From: Felis catus
Lineage: Eukaryota
Direction of reading: 5' to 3'
Length of the DNA stretch: 64,000 nt
Assembly: GCF_018350175.1 (NCBI RefSeq)
Contig: NC_058368.1
Location: 211,484,001-211,548,000 of the forward strand
The number at the start of each line of letters is the position of its first letter. Within the stretch, counting starts at the first letter, position 1. The notes beneath the pieces are model-generated. The model did not search any database. It had not been told where the DNA came from and saw nothing but the letters and a program-made list of their open reading frames with translations. Below are positions 25,172 to 38,787 of this stretch, piece after piece. A program made the translations under genes and the position numbers.

Positions 25172-28046
25172 CACATTTTCTTCATCTATTTGTTGGTTAT
25201 GGACATTTGGGTTGTTTCTACTTTTTGATTACTATGAACCATGCTACTAGAACATTCACCTAACAAGTGTTTGTGTGGATACCAGTTTTTAATCCTAGTG
25301 GGTATATACCTAGGAGTGGAATTGCTGGGCCAGTGGTAACCACGCTGAACTCTGGGGAGCTGCTAAGCTATTTTCTAAAGCTGCGGCACCATTTCACAAT
25401 CCCAGCAACAACACACAAGGGCTCCAGTTGTTCTACGTTCTAGCCGAGACTTGTTACTGTTTGGCAAATTTTAATTTAAGAGATGAGAATTTAACTGCAA
25501 CCTAAATTTTCCAGAGAAGAAACATTTCAGTCTTTCTTAATGAACCCTTTGAAGTAGTTATTCCAGTTAATTATCAGCTGAAATTTCCCCTTGGAGGAAT
25601 ATAAAAGAGTGAATGCAAAACAAATTTGGAGTATCCGCTGGCTTTGTCTTCGTGTGGACTTTTACTCATTAAAAAGTGCAGCCTTTCCTTTTAAAGATAA
25701 GAGAGGGCATTCAAGAGTCTATACGGCAGTGAATCTTTTGAGAGATTTGTTGACTTGATTCTCTCTTCAGATGGGTCAAGAATTCAGTGGAGGGAAGGGT
25801 ATGAAAATCTTTTACCCACTCCTCTGATCCCTGGCCCAGTGACAGGGACAGGCGTCACTGCCCAGGGATACAGCAGGGTGGCTCTCCGGATCCCAGTGTA
25901 GCCGAAGTGACCGCTCTTCGAGAGCCTACGTCTTGGTGACTCAGAGTACTTGGCGGCCCAGGAGCTCATTAGAAACGCAGGCTCCCAGTTCCCATCCCAC
26001 GTCCACAGAACCCGAGGCTGTTTTACAAGTTTCCAGCTGAGCCACGTGCACATTCCAACTGGAGACGCGCTGCTCTAAGTGGAGGACAAGTTGCAAAGCT
26101 CACACCATCATTTTTACCAAGGTGCCCATTGTTTCAAAGTTCTTTCGAAGACATGATTTCCCTGAGCCTTAAAAACAATCTCGTGGATATGTTCCACAAA
26201 AAAGGAATCGATGCTGTTTTAAGTTTCATCATAATAGGAAATGTTTAACTCTGCTTATAAAACTCAGCTGGGCCCGTCCACAGAGAAGTAACTGAAAGGC
26301 ACAAACAGAACAGCCTGAAGATTTATATAATACTACTTTGATCCCTTTGCTGCTTATTGATATTAGGAATTTCTCTGCTTTTGTCACTTGGAAAGTTCCC
26401 AAGGTTTCTGTGCTTAAGAGTTTTGTGGCTCCCAATGTGTCTTTCTCTCTCCCTCGGGCACACCCTTGTGCCTTCCACAATGCATTATGGTTTTTACTCA
26501 TTATATCCCCCAACCAGCCTGTGGGAGGGTAACTATTATCATCCCCATTTTCCAGAAAAGGAAGGAAACTAAGGCATAGAGAAGTTTAGTAACTTGGCCA
26601 AATTCCCAGAACGAACAAGGCGGGGAGGCTGGATTCTAACCGGGGCACTCTGCCTCAGAACTGGCCCTTTATCACCATGCTGAGAAATTCCACTATTTTG
26701 TTAAATCACTTGCAAACTGTGAAGCACTATATAACTTACTGGCTGTGCTGCTCTTTAAAAAATAGCGCTTAAACTAAAAAATGGAAGTATTTGGCCAAAA
26801 ACGCAAATTCAGGTTTCTCACTGGGGCAGACTAGGGTTGCTGGTACTCTCCAGTGGCTAGGAAAGGCTGGAATATTTCTCAGGGCTCTTAACCCGAAGGG
26901 CATTTGAGTGTTGCTGTTCAGAAGCCTGTGAGTGATGGCCTGGAAAGTTCCTTCTATCTTTGAGAGTAATAACAATTCTTCTGGTTTCTGACTACCAGCT
27001 GAAACATATATTTGGAGGAAATACAAACTCACAAGGTTCCTTTTAGAAGACCTTGATTTTTTTCAGCATATTCATTCATAGAGAATTTCTCTCAAACCAA
27101 ACTGCTGCCCTTCTCCGCTGCCCCAGGTCCCAATCCCAAAAGGGCTGGCAGGGTGAGGTCAAGAATGCAACAGGCTGGCCACCTCACCAGACCTCCAGTT
27201 CCTTCCAATGCCTCTGCAACCAATTTTCACTCTCCAAATCAAGCAAACCACCATGCCTAACAAAGAAATGACCACATACCAAACTCTACCGGCACTAGCC
27301 ACACCCAGAGTCCCAGAATCTCAGAGTCTTAGAAGGTTCCAGAAGGTTCCAGAAGGTTCTGGGATGAGGGCTGATCTACCATCCTCATTTCACAGATGAA
27401 GAAACTGAGGCTCAGAGGTTAGGAAAAGTGTAAAAGAGCAGGACTTGAATTCTGACTCTAAGAGCAGTTTGTTCCTCATAAATCCATATCTCCTCCTTTC
27501 CTTCTAAACCCCTTTATTTCCCAGAGAGGGGTCACTATGGTCAGTGAGGTTCAGAAATACTTCATGAAAATAACCAGCTGTCCATAATCCCTTGAGAGTT
27601 TCAGCATCTCCCAAACACCTAAAATCGCCTATCCTTTAATTGCATTCTTTTGGTAAGGCCTATTTCTGGAGGGGGAAAGAAGGATACTAAACCATATTAA
27701 AATAAATCAAGGAAACTAAGTATTCAGAATTAGGGTTCCATCCAATGGCCTACCAGGCTTTACGTGAGTATGTCTGGCTTCCATTTTGACCTCCCCTGTA
27801 GCTCTCTCTCCATTCACTGGGCACATCGGGCATCCTCCTACCTCAAGGCCTTTGCCTTGCTGTTTCCTCCACCAGGACAATAGTTCCAGAAAAGTGCAAG
27901 GCTCAACCCCTCATCCTATCCAGGAATCTGCTTCAAAGAAGGGGTCTTCTCAGAAAGGCTTTCCTTTTCCAAGTTTATTCAAAGAGGCCTCTGGTCTCTT
28001 GTTTCTCTTCAACACACCTGATGTTATATTAAAGAAGCAGGTGCTG

Positions 28047-28271
28047 AGGGCACCTGGGTGGCTCAGTCGGTTAAGCATCTGACATTGGCTCAGGTCACGA
28101 CCTCATGATTCACGAGTTCAAGCCCCGCATCCGGCTCTGTGCTCACAACTCAGAGCCTGGAGCTTGCTTTGGGTTCTGTGTCTCCCTCTCTCTCTACCTC
28201 TTCCCCACTCATTCTCTCTCTCTCTCTCTCTCAAAAATAAATACAACATTCAAAAAAATAAAAAAAAAAAG
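28047..28271 (+). mobile_element. CAN-SINE
   Basis: TSD aaagaagcaggtgc on both sides. Confidence 0.93.
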
Positions 28272-28554
28272 AAGCAGGTGCCGTCTGTCCCAGTTGACTG
28301 TACTTTCTACGAGGCGAGAAACTTGGTCTTTCCTGACGCAATTTTCCTGGCACACAGATGTGATTGTTTTGATAATGCAAATCTGTAGTTTTGAATTTGC
28401 TTTTTTACTCTTGAAGTCTCTGAGTTGCCTTAAACTAAGGCACACACATAAACCAGCATAACTGTGTTTTTCTCAGATTGTAAGTTCTTAAAACTTACGT
28501 TAACAGAAGACTGTTTTTTTTTTTTTTTTGCTTCCCAACATCACACTGTACATC

Positions 28555-28712
28555 CATTCTCAAAGCCTGGTCCCTAGAACAGCAGCAGCAGCAGCACCCA
28601 GAAGCCTGTTAGAAATACAGATTCTTAGGCTCCTGTCCAGACTCTGTGGTGGAGTCAGCAGGTTTTAACAACCCCCTCCCAGCTGATTCTGATACATATT
28701 CAATTTTTAGGA
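28555..28712. mobile_element. MER5-like hAT fossil (similar remnants near 25950-26080 and 36935-37100)
   Basis: ttctcaaag...cagcagca...tgttagaaatacagattct...ttttaaca...tgattctgat. Confidence 0.65.
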
Positions 28713-29631
28713 CATTTGCACGATAGGAAGAAGTTTGTTGTGCCATACTGGGGATGGCAGAGTTGAGACCCAAACCAAAGAATAATGACTGAAATTCATT
28801 AGCCTCAGTTTCCTTATCTGGTCCATATGATCAAATGAGGCTTGGGTCACACTAGATATTACAGGGGAATAATCCTTAATCCCACAAGCTCTGGATTCCC
28901 ATTTCAGATTGTAAACTGAGGGTTAGGAAGGCAGTACTATCTAATAGCTTCTAGTCATACAAGCCTTGAAAAATGGAATTCCACTCTATCCCAGGGGTCA
29001 ACTTGATGGAGAAGTGCTGTGGCTGTGTGGCTCAGCCGTTTCAGAGCCAGCTACGGCAGGGACTCTGATCACCACTTCTGATAGGAGCTGATTTGGCAGA
29101 ATGTGTGAGAAGTGACAGTGCTGGTTGCCTTCTCTTGCTGAATGTTTCAGGTAGATATAATAACAGGGAACTGGCATAAAGAAAATAAAGAGTGTAAAAA
29201 TAGGATCCCTGTCCTGTAAGTGCCTACAATGTGCTAATGGAATCCGCAGCGTGGCTTCGGGGACAGAGCTCTCCTGGGGACATGGGGGAGGAAACAATGA
29301 GATGAAAGACCACACGCTCAGAGCTAAGAAACCCCGTGACATTTAAGCTGAGCATTGGCTCTCTGGCTTCAGGATTGTTTGGTTTCATAAATGTGGTCTG
29401 GAAATAGCACTTGGGCTTTATGAAATCTCCATTAGGACAATGATTTGTCTCTTGTATTCATGATAGACTCCAGACTCTAGAACCTAGAGCCTAGAATGAG
29501 GGTGATTTGTACTAATTCCCAAAACTTTCTGATCCACACTTGCCACTCACAGATCACTCCAGGGTGACTGGGAGCATCACATAAGAAAAACCTATGGGAA
29601 ACGGGCAGGGTCTTCACAATGGGCTCAAGAA

Positions 29632-30078
29632 GGGCATATGGGTGGCTCAGTTGGTTGAGCATCCGACTTCGGCTCAGGTCATGGTCTCGCGGTCTGTGAG
29701 TTCGAGCCCCATGTCAGGCTCTGTGCTGACAGCTGCAGCCTGGAGCTTGCTTTGGAGTCTGTGTCTCCCTCTCTCTCTGCCCCTCCCCTGCTCATGCTCT
29801 GTCTCTCTCTGTGTCAAAAATAAACATTAAAAAAAAAAAGTTTAAAATGGGTTCAAGAAGGGCATCTGGGTGGCTCAGTCGGTTAAGTGTCTGACTTAGG
29901 CTCAGGTGACGATCTCATGGTTCCTGGGTTTGAGCCCTGCATCGGACTCTGTGCTGACAACTCAGAGCCTGGAGTCTGCTTCGGATTCTGTGTCTTCCTC
30001 TCTCTCTATGCCTCTCCCCCACTCACGCTTGGTCTCTCTAAAAAATAAACATTAAAAAGTTTTCTCTACTTAAAATAA
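29632..30078 (+). mobile_element. Two CAN-SINEs head to tail (29632-29845, 29860-30078)
   Basis: Two complete SINE bodies bracketed by three related 14-mers. Confidence 0.92.
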
Positions 30079-30864
30079 AATGGGTGAAAGAATGAACTGT
30101 TAGTTGAATGAATGGCCCATATAAAAGCCCCTAGCCCAGTGGTGGGGCATTCAATGTTAATATGACTAACAGCAACTCCTTTCTTATCAATTGGGAAGAC
30201 TGGGCTCTAACTCTGATAGTCTAATTCAGGAATAAGATTAAGTACATAGGTAATCAGACCCATCAAATCCCCAGTGGTTTGAAGAGAGGCAATAACTAGA
30301 GCAAGCTCAGCCACTTTGGAAATCAGGAAAGGCTTCACAGAAGATACGGCGAACTGGACCTTGAATGGTACCAAAACTCGGCAGATGGGTGATGGTGGTG
30401 GAATTTTGGAAGGCATGAATTTCGGGGCCCCAAGTGAGAAAGCAGGAGCGTTTCCAAGGGACAGGCACAGGCTAAGCGACCCTACATGCCTCAACCCTTA
30501 AGCTGCCTGACTGCTGTCGGCGTGAGAACCTCCAGCTCCAGGTGCTCTTGCTCATGGGGTGAGGATGGGTGGGGGTCACCGCAGGGGTCGAGATCCAGGC
30601 CCTTCCGCCCCTGCTCTGCTCTCTGTCACAGAGAACTGCATTTCCCAGGCTCTCCTGACCTCTGCATGCGGGGGTCCGTCCAGCCAATGGAGGACGTGGC
30701 CAGAGAACTGGAGGGAAGGGCACAGCCAGACTTGCTTCGACCCTGAGCAACGATGACCTATTTGAGTGTCTGAAGTCCTTCATTCTCGAAATACTTAACC
30801 TAGCTTTGAACAGCTTTAAAATGAAAAATCCTGTGATCCCACCAATATTTTATCAATATAGCTC

Positions 30865-31240
30865 TTTTTCTTCTTTTTAAAGATTTTATTTGGAAGCAAT
30901 CTCTATATCCAATGTGGGGCTTGAACTCACAACCTTGAGATCAAGAGTCGCATGCTCCACCTTCTGAGCCAGCCAGGTGCCCCTATCAATGTAGCTTTTC
31001 ATTTCCAAATCTATTCTCGTCAATTTGCACTACTGTGGTTTCAAGTCTTTTTTTTTCTTCTAAGTTTACTTTATTTATTGAGAGAGAGAGAGAGAGAGAG
31101 AGAGAATATCCCAAGCAGGCTCCCCACTGTCAGTACAGAGCCCGTCCAGGGGCCTGATCTCACAAACCAAACCGTGAGATCATGACCTGAGCCAAAATCA
31201 AGAGTCAGATGCTTCACCAACTGAGCCACCCAGGTGCCCC
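30865..31240 (-). mobile_element. Two CAN-SINEs (30865-30983 short type; 31048-31240)
   Basis: Antisense heads ccaggtgcccc, (GA)n and poly-T. Confidence 0.88.
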
Positions 31241-32080
31241 TCGAGTGTTCCTTCTAAAGCACAATTTTTGCAATAAGGTCTGTTCAGCTTTAACATACAA
31301 CACTGATTCTCTTTAAAACCCCTGTGTATTATGTTACTTTAAGCCCAAATTTGCCATTTTATTTTGTGCACAGGCCTTATGGATACATATATGTACATGT
31401 GTGTATGCTGGGAGAAAAATCACCTGGGGGCCCTGGGCCTTCCTCAGCCCATGTGGAACCTAGCACTGGGCACAGCCTGTTGGGAAGTCATGGGCCAAGG
31501 AACCTGGAGTCTCACTGCAGTGTGTCTAAAACGGGAGTTCTCAGTTTGGCTGGCCACTCGAATTACCTGAGTGCTTTAAAAAAACGCTTACCCACACTAC
31601 ACCCCCCCACCAACTATAGAGAGGTGTCTGTGGGTGACACCAGCATTTTTCTAAGCTGTCCAGGTGACTGTAACGGGAGTCAAGAACCACGGACCGAGTG
31701 TCAAGTGGGGTCCTGAACTGAAACCATAATAAGTTCTTGGACAAGGGAAGGAAACAATAACTATGGTGTCCTTGCATTTCTTTTCCATTCATGCTGTGAC
31801 CAAGACCTATACAGTCTTCCTCGCCCCCCATCCCCACTCTCCTCCCAGTTCACTTTTCAAGGCCATCCCACATCACACCTCAGGCAGGAAGCATTTCTTG
31901 GCTACTCCAGTGATTCACCATCTCCCTTCATCTTGAACCCCTTCCAGTTAGTATTTTATAATCTAGCACTTAATTATTCTCCAGTGCTCTCACTGGTCTT
32001 TCTGCTAGATGCTATGCATTTTGTAGGCAAAGATCATATTTCCTCCTCCTCCTGGATATGTTTACAAGAGTCTGGAACAC

Positions 32081-32293
32081 TTTTAAATGTTTTATTATTT
32101 TTTTAATTTATTTTGAGAGAGAGAGAGCAAGCGAGAGAGCAGGAGGAGCTGAGAGAGAGGAAGAGAGAGAGAATCCCAAGCAGGCTCCACAATGTAAGCA
32201 CAGAGCCTGATGTGGGGCTCGAACTCACAAACCATGAGATTGTGACCTGAGCCAAAGAGTCACACGCTTAACCAACTAAGTCACCCAGTCACC
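32081..32293 (-). mobile_element. CAN-SINE
   Basis: TSD-like tctggaaca on both sides; (GA)n body. Confidence 0.88.
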
Positions 32294-32842
32294 CTCTGGA
32301 ACATTTCAGATGCAGGGAAGGGAGTGCCTCCCAACTAGTAGATTAATTAAACAAACATCTGGGCACATTTGCAAGGTAGGAACAGAGGTTCTGTCATCTT
32401 CAAAAATCTATATGATGAAAATCTCAGTGGATATGCAATACAGCAATTATACCTTTCAGTTTATCCCTCTGTCAAATACCAGCAGGTTTTAGGAAAGACA
32501 CAGGGTGATTTTGCCGGGAAGGAGGCCGCGATTACACATAAAGTATGCAGTAGTGTTAGGTCAACTAATGCGGCGGCCCTACGTGAGATCTGGAGAAAGT
32601 GGCCCAGATGGCAGGACTTGATTTCTAAGACCGAATGGCTACATCCCTGCTCTGAGGAAACAGGAAAAGAGTGCAACCAGCCAGCAGACAGAGAAGCCCT
32701 TATTGTCCTGATTTGCAGAATTCAAGGACTACCTCCCTTATTTTATACTTAAGCTCCACAGAGTCACCTAAAGATACTTTCACAAGTTTTTGCTTTCAAA
32801 ACCAAAATGATCAGGTATCTGAAATGTGGGCTATGTATGCAG

Positions 32843-32844
<2 letters not shown>

Positions 32845-32890
<46 letters not shown>
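32845..32890. repeat. (TG)23 microsatellite
   Basis: Read directly. Confidence 0.95.
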
Positions 32891-32892
<2 letters not shown>

Positions 32893-34846
32893 TGTCCATC
32901 TATACACACATGCCTGGGTGGTATTTCTTCAAATACTATAGTCCCAGCAGTGATTTTATTTAGTCTGGTTGTTCCTAAGACAAACATACATAACTTTAAT
33001 TAAATGCACATCTAAAAGTAGGGGAAAACATCTTGAAACAATTAGACTGCTCCATGGTAAGAGGTTTTAGGGTAATGATATCCTCCCACGTCCTTACCTC
33101 CACCAGGAAAAGTGAACAGATGGGTCGAGGGAAGCCAAGCCTGACTCCATAAACACAGGCTGTAGCTATAACTCTGTGCCTTGCTCTATTTTGTTCTTTT
33201 CTGACCCAAGACAGCACCCTTCTCTTACTTGCTCCTAAATGAGTTCCAGTCATTCAATTGCTTTTGCTTTTTTTTTTTTTTTAATCCCTCTTCGATCGGT
33301 TTTAGAGGGAGAAAGTTTTCAAAGTTTCTTATCTTTCCCTGATGGAAATATGCCAGAAAGAAACTGAAAGTCTGAAGAATAACCAAACCACCCTTCTGGT
33401 TATTGACCTTGGGTTAAGGAAGCTTCTGGAGAATGTCCGCCAAGATGGCTGGCTGCCTTTGCCACTTCATTCTTGGGATTTTCTGAGTCATCTGGTTCTC
33501 TAGGTACTGAAGGCTGAGTGTTTATTTAAATTGCACTGGAAGCTGGGAGAAGAGAAGTGTCAGGTTGTGACGTTCACCAGGATAGTCCTTTTCTTCTTGA
33601 ACCCCAACTGAATCCACTCCTAATTAATTTACCCGTGACAGATCATTAACAAAAAGAATGCTTTCTTCATGCTGAAAAGTCACGTCCACAAATGCCGACT
33701 GAATGCCTGTCTTCTATGCCTGGAACTGTGGGAGAGACCAACACAACAACAACAACAATCACGTGAGCCTGGTCTTCAGGGAGCTTACTGTTGTTATAAG
33801 GGATTCAAGTCTTCAGAAAACAAAGTTTTTGTTTCAAGCTGTAGAGACTTTTCTGATGTTGTTTTTATTCTTTCGATATGATAAAATGCATCAAGTTATA
33901 AATCAAGATTCCAGTATTTCAAAGAGAAGGAAATTTTTTTTAGATGACTGAGACCATCAGAGAGGAAGCATTCTGGACTGGACACAGAACCCGGGCAAAC
34001 GTGAGAGGAAGTCTGGGAGCCAACACCCCACCACCAGTGGAAGGCAAGGGCAAGAGAACATTCAGTGAAGTAACGGCAGGGCCGCTGAGAGGGCCTTGAA
34101 AGCCCAAATCAGGACTCTAGGTGGTCAGGCAATAGGGCAACAGTGTGCATTACTGAACAAAATTACAAAATGAGTTCTTGCAAAAGCTCGCTAGAAAGAG
34201 GCCTCCAGCCTAATTTGGACAGGGAGGTGTATAACTCAAAGATTAAACCCAAACGCGTAGGCAGAGAATGAGACCAAGTACAGTCAAGTACCTAACTTTG
34301 CAGTGTGTGGCCTGGGCTTACCCTTTAGAGACACTGCAAATCACTCCATGCACATCCACAAACACACGCTGGCCCAGCAACCTCCAAGGGGCCAATGGAG
34401 CCAAGAGCTTCAGAAGAGGGGACACACGATACTGGCCTGTCACGGACCCAGAACTACTCCTAGGAAATTACCGGCCTGCACGCTACCAAACTGACGCATG
34501 TGGAAAGAACAAGACAGGAAAAGTTTCCACAGCTTGAGAAAAATCTCCAAGTGTGAGGGAGATACACGTACACTCAGGCAGGAGTGCACAGGTTAAACTG
34601 ATCCAAATCCAGAAGTGCAGATGTCCAGAGGAGACAGGGCAGAAGCCAAGGGAACAACACTGCCTGGGGTTTCTGTTTCCACAGAGTTCTCGGCCCTTGC
34701 GGGATTCCGTGATACCAAAGGGGCAGGAGGCATGGTTTCAGACCCCATGGTGCCCCCTCGTTCTGAATACTAAGACCACTAGATTTGAATGAAAATATGA
34801 AGCCAGATAGACTTAACTCCATGGTGCCTCTGAAAATTAAATTCTT

Positions 34847-35059
34847 CAATTTTTTTTTTTATTTATTTATTTTTGGGACAGAGAGAGACAGAGCATGAAC
34901 GGGGGAGGGGCAGAGAGAGAGGGAGACACAGAATCGGAAACAGGCTCCAGGCTCCGAGCCATCAGCCCAGAGCCTGATGCGGGGCTCGAACTCACGGACC
35001 GCAAGACCATGACCTGGCTGAAGTCGGACACTTAACCGACTGCGCCACCCAGGTGCCCC
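34847..35059 (-). mobile_element. Young feline SINE
   Basis: Perfect TSD tgaaaattaaattctt at 34831-34846 and 35060-35075. Confidence 0.95.
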
Positions 35060-35419
35060 TGAAAATTAAATTCTTATAGGCTAACACTTAGCAACTTTGA
35101 TTCTAAGGAATATTCCAAGCAGAAAAATGAAATGTTACCAGATGGTTATTTATGAAAAATCTCACACTGAAAAAATAAGTATTTCCTCTTCCTTTTTCTT
35201 ATAGTCCCTCTAACTTTCTCCATAGGGGTCACCACAGCAAAACATGGTAGGTAGACTTACAAGTTCAAAGGCAAAGGCAGAACTGGTTCTGGAGTCAATG
35301 CAGGGAGAGCTGTATCATGCGAGTCTTGGCTTTATCAACTGCAAAGTGCAGGTGGTGATTTGTGTGTAACTGCTGTGTGCATTTCCACCATCAGAAGAGA
35401 AGACTAAAGTGCTAATTGG

Positions 35420-35740
35420 AGCGACAGCAAGAATGAACCTTGAAAACTACGCTCAGCGAAAAAAACCACACACAAGGGTTTGATGCCATTACGTGAAATA
35501 CCCAGAAGAGGCAAATTCAGGGAGACAGAAAGCAGACGAGTGTTTGCCAGGGGTAGGTGGCAGGAGGCTGAGGAGGGTCACTGCTTACAGAGTGCAAGGT
35601 CTCCTTTTGGGATGATGAAAAATTTCCTGGACTAAATGATGAATGGCTGCACAACACTATGAATGTACTTAATGAAATGCATTCTTCCAAATGGTTAAAG
35701 TGGTACAGTTATGTTATGTATATTTTCCCACAACAAAAAA
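35420..35740 (+). mobile_element. Old L1 (L1MB/MC-like) 3' end
   Basis: atgaaccttgaaaac, ttttgggatgatgaaaa, tgcacaacactatgaatgtacttaat. Confidence 0.8.
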
Positions 35741-35806
35741 GGAGAAATCAACTGCCTGGCCCTCTACCCTACATGTGATAAATGTCTTACTAACAAAAGG
35801 TACCAA

Positions 35807-36003
35807 TTTTTTAAAAATATTTATTTATTTTTGAGAGAGAGCGAGAGGGAGGAAGGGGTGAGGAGGGACAGAAAGAGAGAGAATCCCAAGCAAGCTCCAT
35901 GCTGTCAGCTCAGAGCCCAATGCAGGGCTCGAACTCACAAACCGTGAGATCATGACCTGAGCAGGAATCAAGAGTTGAATGCTTAACCACCACCCAGACG
36001 CCC
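35807..36003 (-). mobile_element. CAN-SINE
   Basis: Antisense SINE body. Confidence 0.87.
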
Positions 36004-37309
36004 AAAAGACTATGAAGGTGATCACAATTGTGGCTAAGCTGCTAACCTAAATTTTCTGTCTTCTTTTTAGTGAGTACAGTCTTGGACAAGCCTATCAGAA
36101 GCCTCTATCCCCCTCTCTCTGGGATGGCTATCACAGTCTGTTTTGTGCAGGCATCTGCAGAGCTGAACTGGGAGCAGTAGGAGCCCAGAAGGCTGTAGGG
36201 TGGGACAAGCAGTCTACCACCAAAAACCTCAGGACACGTTTAACACCGTGACTTCTGTCACTGGGGCTCCGAAAGCACTGACTCCAAATGTGGCATCCTG
36301 GGAAAAGGGTAATTAACTCATTGGACAAATATTTTGGGAGTACCTATGTACAAGCTGAGCACTGGGGTAGATGAGCTACAAAGTAACAGTCCCTTTTGTC
36401 AAGGAAATTCCAATCGGAGTGCAAGAGTGTTGAGAACCAAAAATCAGAACTCTGAGTAAGCAGCTCACGCAACAAAATATTAGCCAACAACTAAAGCCCG
36501 CCAGCTATTTGGAGTCCTGACTACCAAGTCAGAACCTACGGGGATGCGGTCCTGCACCCCACACCTGAGAGACAGGCCTCTGCAAAGGTGGAAAGTCAAG
36601 CTGAGGCTGCTGACGGTGGGGAGCCCAACCCGGGGCTTTGGCGGAGAGGACAAGCCCAGTTCCTAGAGGACCTGGCCCTAATCTGAGTGAGAACACCTCC
36701 CACCTCCCTCTTCCCCTGTGTACCAACCAGCCTGCTCCCCAGATACAGCATAGGTCTGTTTGCCATCCTGTGACTCCTCAAACAATAGAACTGGTGTGTA
36801 TGCTACGGGATTCAATGGGTGCCAGGGGGATGGTTTCACTGACAAAATTTGCTAAAATGTGATGCTCAATCTCCGGAAAATTTGCCTTTTCTTCTATTTA
36901 TCCTTCAATCTAGAGTCCATCTAGTTTCTAGACGATAGTTCTCTCTGGCTAAACCTACATGGGATACTTTTAAAAATATTGATTCTGGGGCCTCTCCACA
37001 AAATGTTTCCAAACATGAGGGGTGGGCGTGGGAACAATATTTTTTTTTAAGTACCCCAGGTGACTCTAATGCAGGAGTTGCCAGGATTGAGAACTACTCA
37101 TCCAGGAGAAGGAAAGAGAACTGGGCTTATCAGTACTTACTGTGGGCCACTGCTAACTCTTCACATATGGTATCTAGAGCTACAGGTGCCCCTTTCATAA
37201 CCTCTTGGGCTTGTTCTGCCCATGAGCATTACAGGCCCTAGGAGCAGCATTCAACCTTGGAGGGACAAGTGAACGGGAACAGGCACCCCAGTTTCCTTAC
37301 CCCCTTGGG

Positions 37310-37502
37310 TAGGGTAACTAGTTCTGCAAGGGGCCAGAGAGCTCATATGTTAGGATTTGTGAGCCACAAACTTTGTCTTAACTATTCCAATCTGCCTTTG
37401 CAGTACAGAAGCAGCCACAATGCTAAATAAATGGATTTGATTGCATCCCAATAAAACTTTATTTACAAAGGCAGACTGTGGGCCACAGTTGGCCAACCCC
37501 TG
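37310..37502. mobile_element. MER58-like hAT fossil apparently nested in an LTR16-like remnant (about 37185-37695)
   Basis: aaggggccaga...ccaataaaactttatttacaaa...ttggccaacccctg; flanking gttgcccacagc-like and ctcaaatccttgtctcag motifs. Confidence 0.6.
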
Positions 37503-37790
37503 CTCTGAGTCTAAGAAGACTCCCAGAGGTCTTCAGCAGGATTGGGTTCCAGCTGCCCACAGCAGTTACCTGTCAATAACACACCATGTAGGTTTCAGTC
37601 CTCTTCTGCATGCTCCTGGGATCAGTGGCTATAGAAACTCCCTACACTCAAATCCTTGTCTCAGAACCTACTTCTGGAGGCACCCAACCCAACTCAGTAT
37701 CTTGTTTTATATTCATAACTACCCTAGTGGTTAAATATCGTCATCTCCAATTTAAATTGAATAAATTAAGATTCAAAGATGACACAATTC

Positions 37791-37993
37791 GGGGCACCTG
37801 GGTGGCTCAGTCGGTCAAGCATCTGACTCTTGATTTTGGCTCAGGTCATGATCTCATAGTTCATGAGATCAAGCCCCACATTGGGCTCGTTCACAGAGCA
37901 CGGACCCTGCTTAGGATTCTCTCTCTCCCTCTCTGCCCCTTCCAAACTCTCTTTCTCTCTCTCTCATTCTCTCAAAATAAATCAATTTTAAAA
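37791..37993 (+). mobile_element. CAN-SINE
   Basis: SINE head, body and tail; acaattc on both flanks. Confidence 0.9.
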
Positions 37994-38104
37994 AGAGACT
38001 ATACAATTCATAAGTGATGAAGTCCAGATTAGAAGTCTATTTAGCTACAAAGTCAATGACCTCTCTACAATATGACTGGAGTAAGAGCAGATACAAATAA
38101 ACAT

Positions 38105-38106
<2 letters not shown>

Positions 38107-38145
<39 letters not shown>
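38107..38145. repeat. (AC)~19 microsatellite
   Basis: Read directly. Confidence 0.95.
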
Positions 38146-38146
<1 letters not shown>

Positions 38147-38656
38147 TAAATATGTAATTTTAATTACGGTGGGCAAGATTACCATAAATGGCAAATCATA
38201 ATGCAAAATTCACACTACTCATGTAATTACTGATCTACATTAAGGAAAGGGTTTTAAAAGAAGTAATAATATAAATTATAAGGTTTGAGGGTTATGAAAA
38301 AAAATACCCTCTCTTAGGCTGCTTCAAATGGAGGATAGAATTCCTTTTTCACCTATCAATGGGTTATAATCCTCATGCTATTTCTTCTCTGGTGTAATCT
38401 CCAATGGTACTTGAAAACAAACATAGCCATCCAAGGTAAAGCCCAATGTATAACTTGAAACTTGAGGAAATAGGGACCAAATTAAAATAGCGTCTTCCAT
38501 ATTTTGACACGAGGGATAGGAGGAGTGGGGGAGGACAGTAGTTTCACAAAGTCCCCTTAAACACACTTGTGAAGTTCCCCTATGGATCCCAGGGCTTCCA
38601 GAGAACACTCTGAGAACCCAGAACCGTTACAGTTAGAAACCAATTTTTTAGCTTAC

Positions 38657-38787
38657 GCGGTCTTGCCCTCGCTGTCCTGCTTGGTGGCACTGGCTCCCTT
38701 CTTGCCCAGTAGGGAGGCCACCTTCTCCGCGTCCCCATTCTCCACGGCCTGTAGCAGCCGGTCATCATTCTTGTTCCACTCGTTGGT
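38657..38787 (-). CDS. RAI14: RAI14 coding exon, 131 nt (probably exon 3): [44 protein letters not shown]
   Basis: Acceptor ctttgctccacag|ACC, donor CGC|gtaagc, phase 0 to 2. Manual translation matches the RAI14 N-terminus. Confidence 0.97.

Larger units (their letters stand above)
24325..25462 (-). mobile_element. Old L1 (L1M-type) 3' fragment interrupted by two SINEs
   Basis: tgtacaattcagt, tctatggatttgcctattctag, ggacatttgggttgtttc and atatacctaggagtggaattgctgg are antisense L1 3' motifs. Confidence 0.82.

Noticed and set aside
27331..27360. agaaggttcc x3 tandem
   Set aside because: Simple 10-bp slippage repeat without spacers; not CRISPR-like, and no function is evident.
3435..38787. 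Amino-acid differences from recalled human RAI14 (e.g. KQD vs KHD, AAT vs AAA, PAG vs PAE)
   Set aside because: Frame and splice sites are intact, so this looks like ordinary orthologue divergence; the human sequence is from memory and unverified.
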